In this document: in pieces, positions 49,886 through 61,917 of the stretch
Layout of the letters: every line of letters begins with the position of its first letter
Numbering within the stretch: position 1 is the stretch's first letter
NCBI GenBank assembly: GCA_032718475.1
Contig: JAUCBJ010006261.1
Span: forward strand, 6,094 to 70,093
DNA: 64,000 nt
Reading direction: 5' to 3'
Origin: Nemertoderma westbladi
Taxonomy: Eukaryota > Animalia > Xenacoelomorpha
Program-made: the position numbers and the translations under genes
The notes under the pieces: model-generated
Told to the model about the DNA's origin: nothing
The model's database searches: none
The model's input: only the letters and a program-made list of their open reading frames with translations

Positions 49886-51168
49886 AGTTGGTAAGTGCGA
49901 GAGAAAGCCTTATCCAGTTTAAGTCAGTAATAAGATTGGCTCAACAGGAGCAGTTCGACCAACTGCTAGGTGAGTCAGTTTCGGACGTGTTGTTACAACC
50001 CGAAGAGGAAGAAGAACTATACTGCCTGGACAGGAGGTTAGGGACGCTCACCAATTTTCTTCGTAGAAACGGCGTACCGATCGAAGAACCGGAAGTCGAA
50101 CCACGAGGGACGACGGAAGTGCTCACTACGGAAGGCTCGCGAGCCTACCAGCATCCACCACTGGATAGATCGTTCGTTAGTATGCGGAGCGACGTTGGCG
50201 ACGTTAGTAGGACAGCTTCTGTAATTACTCGACAACCACGAAATGAGTGAACTACCACTAGCTAGATTACAGGCGTTTAGACCCCCTTTCACTGAGACAG
50301 GGATAGACTGTTTTGGACCCATAATCGCGAAACGTGGAAGGGTACAGGTAAAACGTTGGGGGTTGATCTTCACTTGCATGGCCAGCAGAGCTGTCCATAT
50401 TGAGCGTGTGACAGATTTAACCACCAATGCCTTTATCCTAGCCTTACGGCGATTTATCGCTAGACATGGATTGGTCAAATCCATTTACTGCGACCAAGGG
50501 ACAAACTTTGTGGGTGCACGGAACGAAATAACCAGAGCTTTGAGAAAGTTGGACCAAAACCAGATTTCCGAGGAACTACGTCCTCACCGAATTGTTTGGA
50601 ATTTTAATACTCCAGACAGTCCTTGGAGAGGCGGCGTTTGGGAAAGGCTGATTGGCTCAATCAAGACAGCTATGGCTAAAGTAATACCGACGCAACACAT
50701 ACTGACAGACGACCAACTGACAACGTTGTTAATAGAAATCGAAGCGATTTTGAACACACGACCGATCGCTTTGATCCCAGACAATAACGACGCACAGTTT
50801 GCCTTGACACCAGCGCACCTGCTTATGCAGGCGCCGACGACATTGTTGCCCATTTCAGTACCCGTTAATAGCGACGGATACGGCAACAAGGCTTGGAAAA
50901 TCACTCAATTGCTTGCAAATAAATTCTGGGAAATATGGCAGAAATACTATTTGCCCTCTATTTCGACCAGAACCTCTTGGTATCTAAATACTTTATCCAT
51001 ATTTTATTGGCTGAAGCCAATCTGAAAAGACGGTTTTGGCTGACTGGAGTCATTTTGACCACACACCCTACATCTGGTGTAACAAGGACAGTTACTGTAA
51101 GGACTATCGACGGCCGTACCGTAGATAGGCCTGTACAACGTCTCGTACTCCTTGAGGAGACTACCTAA
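49886..51168 (+). pseudogene. Rearranged duplicate: Gag-region segment (copy of about 39988-40337) fused to a second integrase core
   Basis: 49886-50236 matches the gag segment; 50237-51020 matches 49081-49884. Confidence 0.9.
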
Positions 51169-53203
51169 AGAGGTGAGGTCTCTATAGGGGTGGTCTCAAC
51201 AGGCGACGGCGGACTCGTGAGGGTCTGGGGGCACGTTAAATCCTTATTAAGTGCAAGGGAGATACTGAAAGCCCTCGTGTCTAACGAACCATGGATCGAC
51301 ATGGTGCCGTGGTACCGTCTAGTCGGCATGTTGCCGTACTGCCAGTCCTGTACATAGTAGGGGTGGTGGCATGGCGTGATTTGTGGTTCATGTGGTGTGA
51401 ACTATGTTTTGTATGTGAGCAACCAGTGGCAGTTGGCTTGGGGTTTGGATGGTTCCCCATTGGCCATCAGCTGTTCCGTTTTTTTTTATACTATATGTTA
51501 TTGTCTCCATGTTCAGCTGATTGGTCTAGGGTGGGTTAGCCGTCTGGGTCTCTGAGTCTCTTTTGCTGTAGGTATGTGAGTACACGTGATTGTATGTGTG
51601 GCCACTACGAGTGAGTATGGGAACCCTTGCCAGTTGGTCCAGACGCTGCTGGTATTAGTAGGACCATATCTCTACTGCGCCCCAGCATTCTTTGTGCACA
51701 CAAAGTTATTTTGCCCTGTCGGCAAAATAAGGTACTCTCGATTAGCCTGTTAGTTGATACAATTTGTCCCCTCTGATTTTGACCCCGATTTTGTCTTACC
51801 CGATTTTGTCTTACCCGATTTTGTCTCTGTGTGTGCATGGTATGTGTTTGATTTTGTGCTTACCGTTGTGTACTTGATTTCGTGAACATCTGTTGAGTAC
51901 ACGTGTACAGTGACCGGTAAGTGGTTACTTGTTCAGTAGCTTTTGAGCTACAGACAGTATTGTCTTTTCAATACTGCCGGCGAGGCAGGTGAAAACGTGT
52001 CAAAATTCCATGTTGGGTAGCGCAAGCCCACGTGGGACAAGACCGTCGGTTAGGCCCAAGGGCGACCTTGGTGCTCGATCGCTATCGACTGGTCCACCTG
52101 CCGGTTGACTCTTTGTTATACTTTTGAGTTGGCTCAATGTACAGTCAGGCCACAGTAAGTTGACAGTAGCCGCCCATCTGCCTACACGTTCGACGAGCTG
52201 TGCCGGTGTGATCGGGGGACCGAAAACAGAACCCGGGAAGCATCGGGCCACCCTCCGGCCCGGTCTGATACCCAAAGAGTCAGACTGGCCCCAGGGGTGG
52301 TGGAAAGGTGTCCGCCTCGTGGGTGCGCCTCGGGGAGGAGCCCAGAAGGACACAAGCGTACTGTAAGGACTATCGACGGCCGTACCATAGATAGGCCTGT
52401 ACAACGTCTCGTACTCCTTGAGGAAACAAGAAACGAGACAGGAGACTACAAATCTCCACCCAATATTAGTAAATAGAAATGTGGGACCTTTGATGGCCGC
52501 CACATAGACTTACCGTATTTTAGTAATTTAGTATTTCGTATTACTGTATGTGCATTTGTAATCCTCTTCACTGTAGATAGAGACAGAGGTGGAATTCCAT
52601 TGTCTTTATATGTGAACATGGAGGGTAGTACCCTTATGTATCACATAGGAGCGGGATTGTGTGTACAGTAGGAATGGAATTCCACTTGGAACCCACCACT
52701 TGGAACTTTTTCAAAAATTATTAGACAAATCCATTCAGTTGGATTTAAATTTAAGAAAAACGATTCTCCAGTGAATGCGAATTCTAGAATACGGCTAGAT
52801 AAAAATTAAAATTGGGGAGGACAAGAGCGGATGGAAGGCTTGCGAGCCTACCGATACATTTTTTTTGGAAAAGAAAACCGGCCTTGTTCTACGTAGTCGT
52901 GTCTACTATTATTTAGACCGAATTAATTCTCGACTGCATTATTTTCTTTTGGAATGTAGTTAGGGAAATTAAAAGGTGAGTATTTTAGACTCACGGCTAG
53001 TTTACCCGGAATTCGTTTTTTATCGGCACAATTTTGGATTAGGAGCCAGTGCGAAATCACGCGAACCCGAAGTCACTAGGCAAATGGGTTGGGGTTTTAG
53101 AGCAAAGTTGAGCCAAAAGCCGACAAACTCTAAGTCACCTCACATCTAACCTCTATTTTGTGCTTCATCTAGTAGAAACGTAACGATATGTAATCATATA
53201 TAA

Positions 53204-53929
53204 GTGTATATGATGGCGGAGAAGATGTATAAGGAGTTACGTCAAGGGTTTACGCAGGAACAGGAGCACCAGGCGCCGTTTAATCGTTATGGAGCTAAAA
53301 ACTTTAGTGTGTTTGGAGTGGAGAGTATGGCTAGAAGTACAGCCAAGCTCGCTAAATCCAAGGCGGACCCGAATGTTACGCGACAGCGATTGGACGCTTA
53401 TAACAAAAGAGCGGAGGAATTACGCGCGGAGTTCAATGCGTTATATCCCTACGATGCGTTATGCGACGCTAGTGACATTTGCGAGGATCCAGAAACCGAG
53501 ATACGCCGATTATATCATACGCTGCAATATTTGACGGCAAATGAACCCTTACCTGCAGCCAGAGACGAATTCGAAGGAATGCATCTTTATAGACGCGCTC
53601 GAGGAGCGGATCCAGAGACAAAGGACGCGTTTTCCATATACAAACTGTTTTATAAATGTGGAGCATGTATGCGTGAGCAAGACAACGCGATTCCTATGAG
53701 ATTGAACTCGGAGAACCCCGAGCCGATATTAGCGCGATGCTCATACCACCAAAGTCTACGTTACCAAGAAGGCAGATACCCTTTGACAAATCCGTATCAT
53801 TCGTTTAAGATGAGTGGACCGAACGCGGGTGAGATCGTTATTTACGAACCCAAATTAGTCGAACCAGACATCTACAGCATGGTAGTGGACGAGTCGAATA
53901 AGTCGACACAAGAGAAACGGGAAGTTTGA
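53204..53929 (+). CDS. Extra ORF downstream of the BEL integrase, unknown function
   Basis: 241-aa open frame with several Cys/His residues. No signal peptide or TM segment is evident. Confidence 0.5.
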   Translation: MYMMAEKMYKELRQGFTQEQEHQAPFNRYGAKNFSVFGVESMARSTAKLAKSKADPNVTRQRLDAYNKRAEELRAEFNALYPYDALCDASDICEDPETEIRRLYHTLQYLTANEPLPAARDEFEGMHLYRRARGADPETKDAFSIYKLFYKCGACMREQDNAIPMRLNSENPEPILARCSYHQSLRYQEGRYPLTNPYHSFKMSGPNAGEIVIYEPKLVEPDIYSMVVDESNKSTQEKREV

Positions 53930-54599
53930 GCCTCTACAGGGCGTACAAGGCGTACGAGAAAGGCGAGATCGAGGAGTTCGGCGGAAGGCTCGCGAGCCTA
54001 CCATTCTATTGGATATCCCATGATCAAACCGAACCTAAGGAGATGACACCCAAGCACTTCGATAGTATCACCTTTGCTCAGCGTTTGTCGCAGAGACTAC
54101 AGATACCTCATGTCGAGATGACGCGAGAACCTCAACCCCATTCTGCTGGAGCGATAGTACCGGTTGGGGGCGACGGCAATCTCCCGGAGTTCAACCCCAC
54201 TGACTCTCTAACTCCTAACTAGCTCCTAGACTCTCTAACTTCTTCTCTCTTCAGTGTTGCGATCTCGCTCATGAGATCTCTCTTAGACCTCCCAGTTAAA
54301 CTCCACTGTTCTTCTTCTCTCTTCTGACTGACGTCTTCTCGCTCGCCCGCTCCCGGCGTCAACATATCTCTCTCTGCCCAGGTGGACACTCCTGGGGATA
54401 CTCGCCATCCCCCTACTATTCTCCATCGTCGGGTGCCATGGTTCACCTAACTCATCCTGCGCATTATCCGCCGACGCTCGTGGGACATTTTCTGCCCCCC
54501 CCCCCCCCCCCCTCTCGCCACTAATCTCCCCCTTGGCGGGGTGCCGTAGCCATCCCCCCCCCCCCCCCCACTCACCATTTCTTACTTCACTATCTCTTA

Positions 54600-55860
54600 C
54601 TTCACTTCTACGCCCCTATCATCCAATATCCCATATCCCTTCTACGCCCATATCATCCCGCATATGCTTTCCCGCTCTCTCTCTCTCTCTGTCCTCTCGC
54701 AAAGTCTGGTTCGCTAACTCTGTTTCTTTCGCCACCCGCTCTCTACACTCGCTCTCTACTCTCACCTCCCGCTCTCTATGCTCATTCGTTTCTCTCTCTA
54801 CCCTCGCAGCCTCTCTCACTTCTCGTTCTTTATGCTCATTCTCTACTCTCGTCTCTCGCTCTTTACGCTCGTTCTCTACTCTCACATCTCGCTCTTTACG
54901 TTCCTCTGTCTCTCTCTCTTCTTGATCTCTACAGTTCTTCGCCACCCTTTCGGCCTCTCTCTACATTCCCTCGCCAATTCTCTCTCTTTCTCTAACAATG
55001 CAGTTCCCTCGTCCAACTGCCTCTCTAACTCTTTCTGGTCTAGCGCCACCATGTCTTGTTGACATGCCAGATCTATCTCTAACACGCTTCTTGCTTTCGT
55101 GGAGGATGAGTGGACATTTCGGTCGCGACAGACTCCCGTCGCCTCTCTGTCCTACTAACTTTCCCCCGCTTTCTGGGGTTCTCGCTAACCGACGAGACCG
55201 AATGCTCGGGGTTAACCTCGGGTTCGCCCTCGTGCGGATTAGCCCAACCCACTAACTTAATTCCCCTAGCATCCACTAAGTACAGCCCTACGTACACTAC
55301 TTCAGGCTCCATAACCCCGGATCACCACAGTTCGAATAGTTCGGTGGCAACCCCCCATGCTCTCTCACTCGCCAGTTCTCCCTGCCCAAAACGGACCAGA
55401 TACCGAAAATGTTTGTTCGACTCATCTAGCTGTTGGTGTAACTTAGGCTGGTTTACCTTTCCTCCCTCTCTGGCCTCCTTTAATAGTTTCTTCGTGGCGT
55501 TGTAGACCCGCCGATCGCTCGTCCCGACGTCCTCTTCACCGACATCTCCTCCTCCTCTCCTCGTTCGGCGTCATACCGGCGGCCCCACCGTCACCGTTCC
55601 GGTGGGCGTCCGTCGCCCTCAGCCTGTGGCTGTCCGGCGACTCCGGTACTCCGACCGCCGTCGTGCGTCGACTCGTACCTCCCTCGTGGTTGATGGCCGC
55701 CTTCCGCTTGGGCTACCGGATCGTCCCTCGTCGGCGAATCCGGCGTCGCAGTTCAATACTGTCGCGTTGCGGCCTCACAGATCGTTTGGTTGGTGTCGTC
55801 CGGGGTCTGCGGCGGCGTCCTCTCTCCCTCGGATAATCGGGGTTCTCCTTGGCTCATCCT
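54600..55860 (-). pseudogene. Decayed ORF1 of LTR family B
   Basis: Homologous to 3422-4412 (YVGLYLVDARGIKLVG, PHEGEPEVN) with an expanded E/R-rich repeat. Confidence 0.6.
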
Positions 55861-55906
55861 CTCCTCTTAGCAGTCACAGTTTGATGGCAGTTGGCTATTG
55901 TTTTAC

Positions 55907-56561
55907 TGTGACAGGATCGAGATCCCGACTGGGTAGGTTATTTGTACGCGTCACCACAGTGACACTACGTGTCACTGATAGCTTGGCCGAGACCGTTGGA
56001 GAAAAGCGTTCAGAGTTAATGTTGTTCCTTGGCAGTCTAATATAATAATGATAGCACAGTTAATATGATGGCGGATGACAATATTGCTTGATACCGGTAA
56101 TACATTAATATACAGCCAATGTTGATGATGGTAAAACAATATTACCCGTCTGCACTGAAACTGGGTAACTAACTAAACTGAATCACAAAACCGGTAGCAG
56201 GAGATAATATATGATTGATATACCAATATTACTTCACTCCTACGCTACCTTGGCCTGCTACCTAATGGATGCTCTCCTTCGCCCTTATTGGCTAATACCC
56301 TACTTGTCGCTCTTTCACTCTCTGGGAGTGTTTCCCCTCTGATGCTAGCCTCTGCTAGCTGTGTCCCCTCCGAGGTGGTTTGACATCTAACCTTCCTTTG
56401 TGTGTGGCTTCGGGGCTTGTGTTGCCCCCCCCCCCCCCCCCCCCCAAATGTTGGTTGTGATACGAGATTGATATTGCTAATCTCGTATCTCCAACATATT
56501 GCTGAAAATGCCACCATCCCATTTTCTGGTGGGTAATGAGGCGGAATTGAATCTGCTTACA
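55907..56561 (-). repeat. 5' LTR of family B
   Basis: Minus strand TGTAAGCAGATTCAATTCCGCC...GATCCTGTCACA. Termini resemble family A. Flanked by TSD GTATC. Confidence 0.9.
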
Positions 56562-57769
56562 GTATCGACCACAATGACATGAACCTTTTAAACACCCTTA
56601 TAGGAGAGGAAGGAAGACAAGATCCATTGAGAGATGGGAGAAGAAGTGGATGAGATGTTTGAGAACTCAATGACGCTGGAACAAATACAGTTAAGTAAAC
56701 ATTTGAGTAGAATAAACTATTACTTGTATAAGGTACCAACCACAAATTTGTGAGCTGGAAAATGTCCAGGCTGTGAAAAACCATATTTTCGTAGAGTTAA
56801 GGGAAATGTGAGAGAGAGAGAAAGCTCAGAAAGACCAGAAAGGCGCGTTACAAGAGAATGTATGTCAGATGATCCAGACAGAGAACCATACATTTTCAGG
56901 TGAAACAAAATTAAGGTTAATATCAAATATTTTTGATATTCTACTATATTTTGATTTAGGCATTTTTATCAATGGGTTTATAAATATGATTTACATGTTT
57001 AACTACATACTGTACTGTTCTTATACAGTATATTCCATGATTGGTAAGGGGGTAAACCTAGAACCAACAGCCGACAAGTTTTGCTGATAGGTTGTTGCCA
57101 ACAGGTTTTTACCTGGCAGAAGACAGGTTTTTGCCGACAGGCAACAAGTTGTGCCGACAGGTTTTTGCTGACTGCCGACAGGTTTTTGCCGACAGCTTTT
57201 TGTGTAAGAAGGCATTAGGGAGAGGAATTTTTCAGGATTGCACCTGTGTGTAATTTAATAAATTGTTTTAGATAGGACCGGTAACAGTTTTCTAATCAAA
57301 TTGAAATTAATTCACAAACTGACAGATGGTTTCAATAATTTAATAAAAGTAGGCCTACTGGGTAGGTCTACTTTAGTGCAGATTTGTTCTTTTTTCTAGG
57401 CAGTGATTTTTTATGTCCTTTTATTTGAATTTTTTTGTCCTCCTTTTTTTACGAATTGTGCATAATGACTTTTGTTGTCCCTATAATGACTTTTGTTGTC
57501 CATTTAATGACTTTTTATGTATGTATTTCTTCAAACTGTCAAACTGCTGATTTCTGGACTGTCAGACAGTTGATTTCAACATGCCTATACCAAAACATTC
57601 AAAATTTGTTGATTTCTGGTTTGTCGGACAGTTGGTTTCACTATGCCTAGTGCCAAAACATTCCATGATTCAATGATTTATAGACTATGAGATAGATTTC
57701 CATATGCGCCTGTGGTAAAAGACTCTAAATTTAATAGTTTGTGGTTGTTGTCGATAATCGATTACCACA

Positions 57770-59012
57770 TGACGGAGCAAAACACTCATTTTATAGCCAA
57801 AAACAATTACCAATTGATGGAAAGGAGCAGGTTAAGGCCGGATTTTCTAACCAAAACAATAAACATTCACTTTACCAAATGAAGGAAATGAGCAGGTTAC
57901 AGAGGCGGGAAAACCAAAACAATAAACGATCATTTAACTCATTGAGGGAAAGGAGCGGGTTTCAGAGGCGGGATATTCTAACCAAAACAATAAACAGTCA
58001 CTTCACCAAATCAGGGAAAGGAGCAGGTTACAGAGACGGGATTTTCTAACCAAAACAATAAACGATAACATTACCAATTTAGAGAAAGGAGCAGGTTACA
58101 GAGGCGGGATTTTCGAACCAAAACAATAAACAGCCACTTTACCAAATCAGGGACAGGCGCAGGTTACAGAGACGGGATTTTCTAACCAAAACAATAAACG
58201 ATAACATTACCAATTGAGAGAAAGTAGCAGGTTAACAGAGGCGGGATTTCCTAACTAAAACAATAAACGATCACTTAACTAATTGAGTGAAAGGAGCAGG
58301 TTACAGAGGCGGGATTTTCTAACCATAACAATAAACGATCAACTAATTAAGGGAAAGGAGCAGGTTACAGAGGCGGGATTTTCTAAGCAAAACAATAAAC
58401 GTTCATTTAACTAATTGAGGGAAAGGGGCAGGTTACAGAGGCGGGATTTTCTAACCAAAACAATAAACGATCATTTAACTAATTGAGGGAAAGGGGCAGG
58501 TTACAGAGGCGGGATTTTCTAACCAAAACAATAAACAGTCACTTTACTAAATGAAGGAAAGGAGCAGGTTACAGAGGCGGACCTTTCTAACCAAAAGAAT
58601 AAACGGTCACTTTACCAAATCAGGGAAAGGAGCAGGTTACAGAGACGGGTCTTTCTAACCAAAACAATAAACGATAATTTAACTAATTGAGGGAAAGGAG
58701 CAGGTTACAGAGGCGGGATTTTCGAACCAATACAATAAACAGTCACATTACTAAATGAAGAAAAGGAGCAGGTTACAGAGGCGGGCCTTTCTAACAAAAA
58801 CAGTAAACGGTCACTTTACCAAATCAGGGAAAGGAGCAGGTTACAGAGGCGGGATTTTCTAACCAAAACAATAAACAGTCACTTTACTAAATGAAGGAAA
58901 GGTACAGGTTACAGAGGCGGGCCTTTCTAACCAAAACAATAAACGGTCACTTTACCAATTCAGGGAAAGGAGCAGGTTACAGAGGCGGGATTTTCTAACC
59001 AAAACAATAAAC
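57770..59012. repeat. About 68-bp satellite, about 18 copies
   Basis: Unit aaaggagcaggttacagaggcgggattttctaaccaaaacaataaac... A remnant of the same family lies at about 11735-11800. Confidence 0.95.
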
Positions 59013-60586
59013 TATGTCATGAACATAACAATAAACTATGTCATGAATATTTGAGGGAATGGGACAGATTAAAGATACAGCATCATTGATTTACATTTAA
59101 AATTACATAAATTCAATTAAATTATATTTCAAATAAAATTAATACAATTTCAATTATCATTATCAATTATTTAAAATTTATTAGCACAACCGGTTAGCCG
59201 GTAGGCCTACCATTACCGTATTTAAATGGTAGGCTACACAGTATGCCTACAGCAGTACCGGTGCCGGTACCGATACTAAAATATCTAAAATACCTGCTTT
59301 ATACCTACAGTACATCTGTACATACAATACATCAATACTGCAAAATAGTGCTCTATATACTAATACCGGTACTGATAGCCTGAGAGAACAGCAGTAGAGA
59401 AACCGGTAGCTTGGAACCTAACGGTAGTTTTCTGGAGGACATAAAAAGTAAAAAAAAAAGGACAAAAAAAGGATTTAAACGGACAATAAAAATTATTGCG
59501 CTGTTTCTACCACCCTTGACGCCTATACTTTTATCAGTTTACTGTCAGACCTTTATCCATCCATACTTAACTTACCCTACTGGTACTTGTCTTCCATAGG
59601 CATACTTGATTAGGCTAACTAAGCATTAAGATAAGACTAAAATCTGCGATGAGAGTCTGTCCAATGAAAATGTTCCTATTATGCTCTCAGTGCAGGTTTT
59701 TAGTCTTATGAAGCATTATAGGACCTACAGCAGTGGCAGAATGGTTAGCGTTACTGTGTTAGGGTTAGCTTAGCCCGAATGATTTCATTAGGCCTACTGA
59801 ATGTATAGTATATACTATTTTCAGTCAGTTTGGGAAACCTGGAAAGTATTCTACCGGTATATTCGGAGAGATTTGTAGCAACTCACCCGTGTCGTCGTAT
59901 TTTTAATAAATGGAGCTTTGTCTATTTAATTACTTGAAACAGTGAAATTTATAAAAACATGCACATAATTTTAGTTGAACTCGGGATAACATAATTCGAG
60001 GACCTTATAAAAGATCTTATAAAGATCAAGATGAATAAGAGGGTCCTCTCAAGGAAAAAGGGATAAACCTTGTTGTCAGGAAGAAATTAAATATGAACGG
60101 GCTAGAGCATTACAGATGGAAGGGGGGTTGTACGTACAACATTACTTAAAAACTTAAATACGAACGGGCTACAGCATTACAGATGGAAGGGGGGTTGTAC
60201 AGTCCCGCTCTCAAAAAGCATTCCTTTGATCAAACATTGATCAAACTTTGATCAAACATTGATCAAAGTTTGATCAAAATGTGTCCATAGAATATCATTG
60301 AAAGTAGCATTGACATTGAAATGATATTGATGGCATATTGAAATGACCTTGAAATCGATGGACCGAAATTCCAGACTTTATGTCTCATATTGAAATGACA
60401 TTGAAATGATTTCAAGGTAACAGTTTACATCGCTCTTCTGCGGCATGGCTTTGAACTCAGATTCCCGCCGAGAACTGGCTTTTGTTAATGGCCAAGCCGC
60501 GATGTGATTGACAGGGCGGTGGATGGAGCTTGCTTGACTTTGTGGATGGACAGCGATTGGATTTACAAGGCGGTGGTGTTGTGGTA

Positions 60587-61917
60587 GGTGTTCGGACACT
60601 TCCCCCCCGGACACTTCCCCCCCGGACAGTTCCCCCCCGCTCAAGTAGGACACTTCCCCCCCGGACACTTCCCCCCCAGACACTTCCCCCCCGCGGACAC
60701 GTCCCCCCCGACTGTTCTTAACTTCGCACATTCGTATTTTTCATTTTGTAAGGTAAACGGACCGCTTGTATCCAGATAAGTTGTATCCAATTTTCCTTTC
60801 GTAGCTCAGAAAGTGATCTTTTGCATCCCGATTTTACATTTTATATCCAAGTTTTATTTATGGGTTTTATCAATGCAATTACATCGTATTGTTTGCTAAT
60901 CTTTAAACAATTAATTATATTAGATGACCTATAAATTCCATCCCCGGAATGATATACTGTTTTTATTAACTATAGAATTATAATAATTAATTGTTTTAAT
61001 TATAGGTATTATTATGTAATAGTCTTCTTCAAATTGTAGCAGATGGGGATGAATATTATTGTTGCAATCAAAATTATACCTCTCCAGGGTAAAATCGACA
61101 TGCGTCGACCTGTATTCTGTGTTCAGCATTACATATTGATATACATATTACTACTATACATACTATATAGATATTATACACACTACATATTAAATTTCCT
61201 GGTTACTTGCAATATTTTTAATAGGATTTTGTTGAATTATATAATATTGTAGTAATTTATATATTAAATTGGTTAACATTCAATACAGCTCCTACTTTAG
61301 GCTTAGTCAATTTATTATCTGATGATACAAACATGAATTAATTATCTTAAAGTGGTCTTAAGTCTTTCACCACGGGCACTCAGGGAAATGCCGGGATCTG
61401 GGGGCGATAACCTCCAAGAAAAGAAGCGGGGGTTTGGGGGCGGCAGCCCCCAAGAAAAGAAGCGGGGGTTTGGGGGCGGTAGCCCCCAATAAAAGAAGCG
61501 GGGGTTTGGGGGCGGTAGCCCCCAAGAAAAGAAGCGGGGGTTTGGGGGCGGTAGCCCCCAATAAAAGAAGCGGGGGTTTGGGGGCGGTAGCCCCCAATAA
61601 AAGAAGCGGGGGTTTGGGGGCGGCAGCCGCCAATTAAAAGAAATTTAAAGAATTAAAGGAATTAAAAGAAAAACAAACAAAACTTGACTATAAAAATGTT
61701 TCTTTTATAATTTTGAAAAAACTTGTCTAGATACAACTTGTCCTGTAACCATCTTTAACTTTTGTTTATTGCTTTGATGCACCCAGATTAATTTTAACAC
61801 TTTAACTGGGGGGGAAGTGTCCGGGGGGCAAGTGTCCGGGGGGGAAGTGTCCGGGGGGAAAGTGTCCTACTTGGGCGGGGGGGAAGTGTCCGGGGGGGGG
61901 GGAAGTGTCCTAGATCC
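60587..61917. mobile_element. MULE/Mutator-type foldback non-autonomous element
   Basis: 9-bp TSD GTTGTGGTA (60578-60586 and 61918-61926), GG...CC ends, inverted arrays of ggacacttcccccc. Confidence 0.88.
61398..61632. repeat. 36-bp minisatellite, about 6 copies, each with a GGGGGC-N4-GCCCCC hairpin
   Basis: aagaagcgggggtttgggggcggtagcccccaataa repeated. Confidence 0.92.

Larger units (their letters stand above)
36708..54130 (+). mobile_element. BEL/Pao LTR retrotransposon, degenerate and 3'-truncated
   Basis: Gag-PR-RT-RH-INT order with BEL-type motifs. Candidate 5' LTR at about 36708-36981 (TG...CA, TATAAA at about 36765) is uncertain. No 3' LTR. Family-B sequence resumes near 54130. Confidence 0.85.
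15958..56561 (-). mobile_element. LTR retrotransposon family B (relative of family A), expanded to about 40.6 kb by nested insertions
   Basis: 5' LTR at 55907-56561. 3' LTR split into 15958-16025 and 34770-35355. Identical 5-bp TSD GTATC at 15953-15957 and 56562-56566. PPT next to 35356 is the same as in family A. Internal remnants at 35356-35805 and about 54130-55906. Confidence 0.9.

Noticed and set aside
56562-56900. Possible transposase or host exon remnant (KCPGCEKPY)
   Set aside because: Multiple stops, no clear splice sites and too little motif evidence.
57770-59012. CRISPR-like conserved-plus-variable repeat
   Set aside because: The variable parts are related to each other (two or three subtypes), so this is an ordinary satellite in eukaryotic DNA.
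60378-61637. Repetitive ORFs (GGEVS, PPGHF, LGAVAPNKRSGG)
   Set aside because: Translations of MULE subterminal repeats and a 36-bp minisatellite.
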